Positions 13,711 to 64,000 of a DNA stretch of 64,000 nt are shown here, piece by piece. The translations under genes and the position numbers were made by a program. Every line of letters starts with the position of its first letter. Position 1 is the first letter of the stretch. Source of the DNA: Vicugna vicugna (Eukaryota); contig MU057711.1 in assembly GCA_013265495.1 (NCBI GenBank), positions 682,001 to 746,000 on the forward strand, written 5' to 3'. A model generated the notes under the pieces. The model had not been told where the DNA came from. It did not search any database and saw nothing but the letters and a program-made list of their open reading frames with translations.

Positions 13711-13730
13711 AGAAAGAAAGAAAGAAGGAA
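13468..13730. repeat. Compound (GAAA)n/(GGAA)n microsatellite with a duplicated ~110-bp unit
   Basis: Direct reading; aaaattttttaaaatgtgtgtgtatt occurs near 13469 and near 13581. Confidence 0.95.
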
Positions 13731-15231
13731 GTTGGGGGAGAAAAAACAGGGAGGAAGAGACAGAGACAGAGAGAGACACAGAGGCACAGAGACAGACAGA
13801 GAGACGTAGCTCCAATATCCCAGGAAGAGCACAGAACTTAGGGTGTGAAGTTGCACAGAATTAAATGGCATATGGTGGTTAAGAATAGGAACTCTGGAAT
13901 CACACGTGAACTCAGAGTCTCTAAATTTCAACTTCTCCAGCTACAAAATGAGAACACTCACTTCAAAACATTGTAAATCTGTTGGGGATAAGATAAGGGA
14001 AGTGCTTAACCTAGTGTCTTAAACATAGTAAACACTCAATAAATGGTAGTCATTATTTGTGAATGATCATTTTTCAATTAGCCAGATCTCACAGGAAATA
14101 AGAATTGCACCTTCTGGGCTGCTGGTGGAATCTGTCCGGTGGAAGACACAAAGTACCTGCTAAAGGAAGGGTTTGGGTTTTTCATTTTTGTTGGTTTGCC
14201 TGTGAACTAAGGAGAGACATTTGGGGGAAGACCATACAAAAAGTTGATGTCAAATGATTTGGGAGAGTAATTTGGAATTTGAATGGGCTCTTAAAACAGG
14301 AAGGGGAAGATACATAAATTAGTGAACCAGAAATTATGCATACAGCGATTAGCGAGCAAGCCTGTAGGAAGGCACAGAACGTGCTCTTGGGCGGAAAGCA
14401 TGTGCTCTAGCTCAGCTCCACACCTTACAGACCTGGGCGCGTCTTTAGAGAGCTGAGTCCGCGTGTACAAAGTCACCCCTCCAGTGGAAAAGGTGACCCT
14501 CAGTTCTCAGGACAGGGAAACTGTGCTTTTTGTGAACAACTACATTTTTTCTTCAAAAGGTTGGGTCATGAAGATTGTGGAAGACATCTTCCTTCCTCCT
14601 TCCTTCTTCTTAGCCATCTCTAGCAACGGTACACAATCTTACGGCATGTGTCCCATGTGACATGACCTTTGTGGAAGTGATCTGTGGGCTCTGAGTCATG
14701 AATCAGGCGCAAACCCAGAATCCTGACATATGTTGTTGGGTGTGGGGAGAAGGGGTGGGGAGGGGTGGGTGCCGAGTGGGACTGAGACCCCCACACTGCA
14801 ACAGAAACTTCCGGCTCTGTTAGTTGTTGCAGAGGACAGCACAGACACCAAAGCATTCGGGAATCAAGGATTGTCCGGGGAACATCATTATGAAGTCAGA
14901 AAATTCTACCCCTCTTTGCTGTAATGAGAAATGGCTCTGCCCTGATCCTGCTCAGAGTTGCTGCGATGGTGGCAGGAACTGGGGAAGGGTAAAGACTGCA
15001 TCAGGGGATCACCCCTGCTCTGAGCAGACGATGCCCGACCATGGTACTGGGTGAAGCCTCTCTCCCCAGCCCTGGCTGCTCTCACCTGTCCCTCTTGCTC
15101 ACTCCTTTTCCTCCTTGTTTTAGATTCAAGTCCCAAGCCAGCCTGTTAAAAGCCAGTGGTGTAGCTGTGGGCAGGAAACCTCCCCTGTCTAGGACTCAGT
15201 TTCCTTCCATAAAATCAAGTGCTGAACTGGA

Positions 15232-15715
15232 TGAGGGTTCTAACTCTTTTTGTGCCATGGATCTCTTTGGCAATCTAGTGTCTCGGAACGGTGTTTCTAA
15301 CACATAAAATGGATAAGAACGCAAAGAAAGCCAATTATACTGAAACCTGGTTATCAACTACATGGAAAAATTCAAAATTTGATATTGTCATATACATGCT
15401 TCTATATGGATGCATTAAACAACCTGATCTAGCAGTAGGTCGAACAACCACCATAATTTCAAAGCAGTGACGCACATCGATGCTATTTTGAGACATCTGA
15501 AACGATTGAAACGAAATTTGAGAACATCAGTGATTTCTGGTGAGGTCAAAGTCACAGGTGACACTAGTACTATTAAAGTTTGTTGCCTCATTCATGATCA
15601 CTGGAAATGCCGAATTTCAGTTAGTAAACATAAAAACATCATTTTTTCCTATCCAGATTCACGGCTCCCCTGAATCCAGCCAAGGAGTCCAAGGACCACA
15701 GGCTAAGAACATCTG
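15232..15715. mobile_element. hAT-Charlie non-autonomous element (MER119-like)
   Basis: Degenerate TIRs gagggttctaac ... ggctaagaacatctg; internal tgtgccatggatctctttggcaatct. Confidence 0.6.
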
Positions 15716-16249
15716 GACTGGCCATCTCTGAAGTTGCTCTGACATAGCTGGATTCCATAGAGTTGGACAGGTTAGGACACTGAGGATAGTGGGGTGAAAT
15801 GTTATTATCTTAACTGCTGGCACCTGTCATAGGGAAGAAGCTGGTTTTTGTTTCAAGAACTGCCTTGACCTGTCTCTTGAGGTGAACTAGGAAACCCTGA
15901 CGACTTACTTGGCAGGAAAAGGCCTTAACAGCAAGAACTGTGTAGCCCACGTCGGGGACTGGGACCTGGAGACAGAGAGAACCCAGAGGGGACTGGCACG
16001 CGGCGTGCAGGAGTCTGGGATAGAAGCTCCCCCCTTTTGGCCCGACCTTCGTGGTCATTGACGTCGTCTATGTGCGCAAAGGGAATAAGGGGAAGTGCTG
16101 AGTTCTGAATCGATGTGATGGAGAAAAGAGAGTCTGCATGGCCCGGTGAGGTGCTCCAGAGGTCTGGACAGGAAGAAGTCAAAGATGCACAGAAGCTCTG
16201 GGGAACCGATTAGAATGAGGGTGTGAACCTTTCCAGTCTAGAGCATTCA

Positions 16250-16575
16250 GAGCAGATTATCCTTGCTGATCCCTGGATTGGTGTGGCCCCAGAATCAGCA
16301 ACATCAGTGCTATCTGGGAACTTAATAGATAGGCAAATTCTATTTTGGGGAGGGGGTGGTAATTAATTTTTAAAATTTATTTTTTCTTTTTAATGGAGGT
16401 ACTGGGGTATGCATGCACTCTACCACTGAGCTTTACCCTCCCCTACCAAAAATAGACAAATTTGTAAGCCACACCCCAGACCTTCTGAATGAGAAAGCAT
16501 GGGGGCAGGGACAGAAAGCAAGCTATGTTTTAACCCTCCAGGCCATTCTGATGCTCATTCAAGTTTAAGAACCCC
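16250..16575. mobile_element. MER5A-like hAT MITE interrupted by an internally deleted Vic-1-like SINE (about 16340-16445, minus strand)
   Basis: MER5A-like motifs (cagcaacatcagtgctatctgggaactt; ccacaccccagacct; ttctgatgctcattcaagtttaagaacc) flank the SINE sequence. Confidence 0.7.
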
Positions 16576-17459
16576 CTCCCATAGGCATTATGATGTTCAC
16601 AGCTGCATCCCAGAGTCAGAAACCTCCTAGAAGTTATCCAACCTGATTTCCCCTCGCACACAGAATCCCTGCCAGCACTGAGTCTTGTGGGAACACTCTC
16701 TGACCCTGGGGGCATCAGCAGTGCCCCTCGCCCTACACAGGGGAGAGCTGTCAACATCAGAAAAGGCTTCCAGCCAGGGGGAGCTCCCTGCTACTCCCTA
16801 GGGGCCATTTCCAATGACAGAACATCCATGCCCTTGGGCCTGGGGCTGCCCTCTGGAGCTGCTTCTAGAAGAAGCCCTTTAGGAAAGTGAAGACAGACTC
16901 TGAGCCCTTCCCTCTTCCTTCCTGGTCTTTCTTACAACAGGGCTCAGACCCCTTAGTGGTTGTCCTTTGAAGAGCCTCTATTTAGCAGTGTTTCTCTTAA
17001 AATGGAGTGACCAGAGCTGGAGACTGAGAGCCAGAAAGGGCCAGGTCCAGTGGGACTACCTCCTCCTTTGATGTGCACGCTCACCTGCTGTCACTGTGTG
17101 CCGCATCACATAGCTTGTGTGGAAGCTTGTCCTCTCCACTTGACAGGAGGGAGGCTAGGTCCTGAGGACAGAGGAGGGCCCTCAGAACCCCTGGACGCTG
17201 AAAATGCTTCCCCATCCCCACAGGGATGTGACTGAAAATACAAACAGTAGCAAACCATTAAGTAAGCATAAGGAGGTGGAGCAACATTCTATGTCCTCTC
17301 ATTACAATTATTTTTGAATTATTTTTGAAATATCAAATATCAGTCTTTTGAATTTTGTCACAAAATATTTCAGATGCCCCCAAATATATAAAGAATTATT
17401 TAAAGAAAACAAACTCATATACTCATCTCTCAGCTTAAGGAATAAACTATTACCGATAC

Positions 17460-17484
17460 TGTGTGTGTATATATATACACACAC

Positions 17485-17514
<30 letters not shown>
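17460..17514. repeat. (GT)/(TA)/(CA)n microsatellite
   Basis: Direct reading. Confidence 0.95.
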
Positions 17515-17515
<1 letters not shown>

Positions 17516-18264
17516 ATTTTTCAAACAATTCTGCTTTATTGCTGCTTGGAGACAATGGTTCTCAAGTTTTGCTGTGCATTTACAGCTTTAAAAATTCCAG
17601 TTGCTCAGTCTCCACCGCAAATCAAAACACTGAGGAATGGACATCAATCAGTATTTTTTAAACACTTTGGATGACTCCCATGTGCAGCCACGGCGGCTGA
17701 GAACCACGCCAGGAAGAGAGGCTGCTGTGAAGGAAGGTGCGATGGGGCCCTGAAGACCCAGTGGAAATGGGCTCTAGTTCTTTCCCTCTGACTCAGGGGT
17801 CAACAATTTCCCTGGTGGATTCTCTGTGGATCTAGACCTGAAATCAGCGGGGCTGTGCCTGCATTGTGAGGACAAGCCTGCCATCTGCTGGCCAACTGAA
17901 GGAAAACAGGCAGCTAACTACACGTGGGTCAATTATGGAGCGCAGCAGCACTCAGCTCGCTTCCTGACACATGATGCAGGCAGCTGCCCTGTGGTAGGTC
18001 CAGGAAGGGGCAGGGCAGGGCGAGTGGACTCACCTCCAACTTGCGGACGAGCGACTTTGCGACCCTGCAGAGTTGTGACAGGCTGGGAGCAGGAGGGGCC
18101 CTGGGGCACTCCTCAGAGCCCAAGAAGAGAAAGGCAAGGATGAAGAGGAAGGAGATCAACTGGGCAAAAGGAACTTTAAGAGAGAGAAGACATTCACCTG
18201 GGAAAACCCCAGGAAGAGAAAGAAGCAGAAGGTGCCTAAGAACCCACGACGGGCACAGAGGCGA

Positions 18265-18578
18265 TGTAACGTGTCACTAGCTCTGAGAAGGAAAAGCCGG
18301 GCTGGGCTAACAAGCTAACTCGTAAATCCAAGCTCAACAACTGTCAGTAACGTGATCTGTTCCTAATAGGTAAGCTCCAGTGTACTGATTCCTTGCTTTT
18401 TGTTGTTCGAGCCTTATTGGCTAATAGCCCCATGCACTATAAAACCCCATGCACACGTCTTGGAGGTGCTCAGAGCTCCAGAGCAGAAGCCCCTCTGAGC
18501 CCGCCAGCGTAATACATCTGAGTACTCCAGCCCTCTGAGTGGTGCTTGTTTCTTGGCTGGCCTGTCATTTCCGTAACA
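18265..18578 (+). mobile_element. Solo ERV1-like LTR
   Basis: TGTAAC...GTAACA termini; ATTGG at 18416; TATAAAA at 18438-18444; AATACA at 18511; no clean TSD, so the left edge is uncertain. Confidence 0.7.
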
Positions 18579-19169
18579 GCCTGAAGCCCTGTGGTTGCAT
18601 CAGCCCAGTTACAGTTCGTTCCCGCAGGGACTGGTTTGCTGCTCTCTCTGCCTGGGACGGTCTTTCTTACCCCAGCCCTCTTCATCTGAGCAAATGTTTG
18701 TGCATATTTCAGGTCTCAGTAAACTGCAGCCTCACTTCCACCAGGAAGCCTGCTCTGACTGTCCCCCTCGCCTGCACCCTGTTACTTGGTTCTGGAACCT
18801 CCTGTTGACTTGTTTACTATTTACTCAGGTGGGCAGGATACCATTATACCCCCAGCAACCCCCCCACCCCCTCCCCCAGTGCAACAGAATGGGAAATATT
18901 TGGTTTTACTGAATTTATTTTTCCTTTTGGCAAAATCAGACACGATAATCTGAAAACAAGAGGAAAATACCTTGAAACATATTTCCCCACAACAATGAGG
19001 TCGCCCTAGAAGTAAATTGAAAATAATTACCTTTGTTTGTATATACCTGTGACCACTCGGTAAGGCAGTGAGGGGGTGGGGAAGAACAATTAATCTTATT
19101 TCCAGTTGGCATATGTTATAAACTAACTCTTCATTTCACCCATCTATGCCCATTTCTAAACAAGCATAT

Positions 19170-19716
19170 AATAGACAGCTACTATTTGGGGGCCTGCCCA
19201 GCATCCATGTCCATTTTTCGTTAATGAAGTAAGTGCAGCCCAGTTTTATTTTGGAGAAACCACCCCCTCCGTTCTCCATCCATGTGATTCAGGGCAGCTG
19301 ACCCCATCCCCAGGCCCAAGTGTGGGCATGTGACCCGGGCCTGGCCAGTCGCTATATTCCAGCAGCCTTGCTCATGACTAGTTCAGGGATGAGAACATGA
19401 CCCAAGCTGGCCCAGTGATATTCAGACCTGGAGAAAGAAGACCTGGGAGTGCTGAGCTGGTGGGACATAAGTCTACAGCTACTGGCAGCCATGCTGCCAC
19501 CATGAGGAGAGAAGGTCAGAGAGAGAAGCCAAACAAAGCATTGCTGAGAGTAGAAGAAAGGCAGAGGCTGCAAGGTAGACATCCTATGATATTGACACCC
19601 AACCCAGAACTTCTTCTGGACCTTTGCATCACATGAGCCAATCAAGTCCTTTTTTTTCCCAGAAGTCAGTTTAAGGATGTCTCTGTTCCCTGGAGTGGAA
19701 CGAGACTAGCTAACAT
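19170..19716 (+). mobile_element. Ancient ERVL/MaLR-class LTR directly downstream of the ABCC11 poly(A) site
   Basis: gggcatgtgacccgggcctggccag, ggcagccatgctgccaccatgagg and tgagccaatcaagtcc motifs; family assignment not certain. Confidence 0.6.
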
Positions 19717-19751
19717 AGAAAGCAGAACAGAGGATGTGGCTTATTTTCACT

Positions 19752-19757
19752 TTTATT
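19752..19757 (-). terminator. ABCC11 polyadenylation signal AATAAA (3' UTR about 300 nt)
   Basis: tttatt on + strand, about 280 nt past the stop codon, at the end of an AT-rich UTR-like stretch. Confidence 0.7.
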
Positions 19758-20035
19758 ATTTTGCAAAATCAGTACATCATTTGTAACGCTTTTAACACTG
19801 ATCAGAAAACTATAGTAAACCTTAACATGAAATTTCTCAACATATCAGTTAAAAAGAGACACATGATCCTTTGATTAACTAGTCTTCATTAGGGCTGGGG
19901 TTCTCAAGTTTTGGGGGGCCACAGAGGGCCATGTTCTAAGTTTTGCTCCTCAGTGTCCTTGCTGCCCATCACCAGCACTCCTGAGCACGTAGCAGCCCCA
20001 CTTTCCGGAGAAGCAGCCATCTCTGCACAAGGAGG

Positions 20036-61847
<41,812 letters not shown>

Positions 61848-62254
61848 CTGTAACACAGCAAGCCCAGCACCACAGGTGTCACTTCTCCAGGTACCCAGAA
61901 GAGGCTATACGTGCACGTGGCAGGTAGCTGCCCCGGGCCTTCTCCTGGCTGGAAGGCTTAAGAGGCAGGGTGGGAGAGACAGACACGCCAGGTTCACTGC
62001 TCTCCTGTTACTGGCTGTGTGACCCTGGATAAGTTACTTTGCCACTCTGAGCCTCAGCTTCTCCACCTGTAAAGCTGCAATAATAATACCTATTGAACAT
62101 GGTTGTCATGAGAGTGTCAAGGAGACAGAAATATCTGCCCACACAGACTGTGCTCAATAAAGTTACATTTTTCTAGACTATTGCTATGACTACTACTAAC
62201 CAGATTCCAGAGAGTTGCGTCTAGTCTTCTATTCGGTTCTATTCTTTCAAAAAT

Positions 62255-62694
62255 CTTTTTTTATTGAAGTATAATTGATTTACGAGGTTGTGTTAGTTTC
62301 AGGTGTACAGCAAAGTGATTCAGATATATATACTCTCTTTCAGATTCTTTTCCGTTATAGGTTATTACGGTATTGAATATCGTTCCCTGTGCCATACAGT
62401 AGGTCCTTGTTTATTTTGTATACAGCAGTGTGTATATGTTAATCTCCAGCTCCTGATTTACCCCTCCCCCCACCTTTCCCCTTTGGTAATCGTAATTTTG
62501 TTTTCTACATCTGTAAGTCTATTTCTGTGTTGTAAATAAGTTCATTTGTGTCTTTTTTAAAGATTCTGCATGTAAGTAATGTCGTTTATTTGTCTTTCTC
62601 TGTCTGACTTACTTAGAATGGTAACCTCCAGGTCCATCCAAGTTGCTGCAAATGGCGTATTTCATTCTTTTTATGGATGAGTAATATTTTATAT

Positions 62695-62732
<38 letters not shown>

Positions 62733-63095
62733 TCTTCTTTATCCCATCACCTGTTGATGGACATTTAGGTTGCTTCTATGCCTGGACTATTGTAAATAGT
62801 GCTACTATGAACATGGGGGTATATGTGTCTTTTCAAATTAGAGTTTTCTCCAGATATATGCCCAGGAGTAGGATTGCTGGATCATATGGTAAGTCTATTC
62901 CTAGTCTTTAGAGGAATCTCCATGCTGTTTTCCACAGTGGCTGCACCAGTTTGCATTCCCACCAGCAGTGCAGGAGGACTCCCTTTCCTCCACATCCTCT
63001 CCAGCATTTGTTATTTGTAGACTTTTTGATGACGGCCATTCTGACTGGTGTGAGGGGATACCTCATTGTAGTTTTGATTTGCATTTCTCTAATAT
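62255..63095 (-). mobile_element. Lineage L1 3' end containing (CA)n at about 62697-62730
   Basis: Reverse-strand L1 3' UTR and ORF2 end (ttttttattgaagtataattgatttac...tgcatttctctaat). Confidence 0.88.
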
Positions 63096-63874
63096 TCTAT
63101 TCTATTCTATTCCATCCTATTCATTCTCCTACTACTAATAATAACTGCATTTTGGGGGCAGAAGCTGAGTCTTTCCTCCTTCTCCTTTCTCTCTCTCTCT
63201 TTTTATTTTTTTGCTATAGAGTCTTCTGCCCACTCCCTCCTTCCCAAATATATACTGCCCAGTTCAGTGTATAAAAGCTGACATTCCAAATCACAACATA
63301 TTTAAGGAAACAATTCACTAATTAATGTCTTTTAGAATTACCAATCTGAATCCCTAAGAAGTGATTTCCTTCTAAATTTAATCTGATTTCCTTCCAGTTC
63401 CCAGAATTTGCCCCAGGCTGAGCCTTTAAAAATTTTACAGTGTATGTCGGAGCAAAATTTGGTACAGCCACTTTGGAGGGCAATTTAACAGTGTCTTTTA
63501 AAATGAATAATTGCAGAAACCCCAAGACCTGGCGATTTCCTTCTTCTGTTGGGAAACATTCACATGTGCTGGAGGAAGCATGTACACAAGATGTTCATTG
63601 CAGCATTGCTTATAGCAGCAAACCTGGAAACATCCTAAATGTCCATTGGTGGGAAGCGTTGAAGCGTCCACCAAAGAAGATTAGTTAATATTGGATCCTG
63701 GAGCAAACTGTCAGTGTTCATGTCATTTACTAGCTGTGGAACCACAGAGACATTACGCAGTCTCTCTGTGCCTCCATCACCTCACCAGTAAAGTGGAAAT
63801 AATAATAATACAACCTACTTCATCATGTTGATGTGACATCTGAATGAGATAATACATATAAAATACTGTCTTTT

Positions 63875-64000
63875 CACACATCGAAAGGTCTGTGTGGGGG
63901 GTGATGGAAATGGGTGAAAATGGTCAAAAGGCAAAACCTTTCAGTCATAAAATAAATAAGTCCTGGGGATGTAATGTACAGCATGGTGACTGTATTTAAG
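63875..64000 (+). mobile_element. L1MA-type 3' UTR fragment
   Basis: ggtcaaaaggcaaaacctttcagtcataaaataaataagtcctggggatgtaatgtacagcatggtgact. Confidence 0.7.

Noticed and set aside
13444..13931. K/E/R-rich and F/L/S-rich ORFs (also 23891-24262)
   Set aside because: These are translations of (GAAA)n/(TTTC)n microsatellites.
1..19700. Coding exons of ABCC12 or a second ABCC11 copy
   Set aside because: I found no ABCC-like peptide by eye or in the ORF track; only speculative non-coding candidates are reported.

Overview
This is mammalian genomic DNA, very probably camelid (alpaca, llama or camel), judged from about 12 copies of a tRNA-derived Vic-1-like SINE. The main content is the 3' part of an ABCC11 (MRP8) ABC-transporter gene on the minus strand. 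I traced 24 coding exons from 61847 to the stop at 20036, all with GT-AG boundaries and matching phases. They join into one uninterrupted frame of 3459 nt (1152 aa plus stop). The 5' coding exons are not in the window and presumably lie beyond 64000. A poly(A) signal lies at 19752-19757. Positions 1-19700 are intergenic and repeat-rich (L1, Tigger and hAT MITEs, solo LTRs). By synteny ABCC12 is expected further left, but I found none of its coding exons. I did not find a new biological system. The best observations are: (1) loss of the usual ABCC11 stop codon, giving a 27-aa Gly/Ser tail; (2) a tailless tRNA-Leu 5'-half retrocopy with a perfect 18-bp target-site duplication (TSD); (3) an L1-mediated 3' transduction nested in another L1; (4) a rare GAG splice acceptor plus substitutions at conserved ABCC motifs; (5) solo LTRs pointing antisense to the gene. 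Comparisons to human ABCC11 and repeat-family names are from memory and need checking by alignment.
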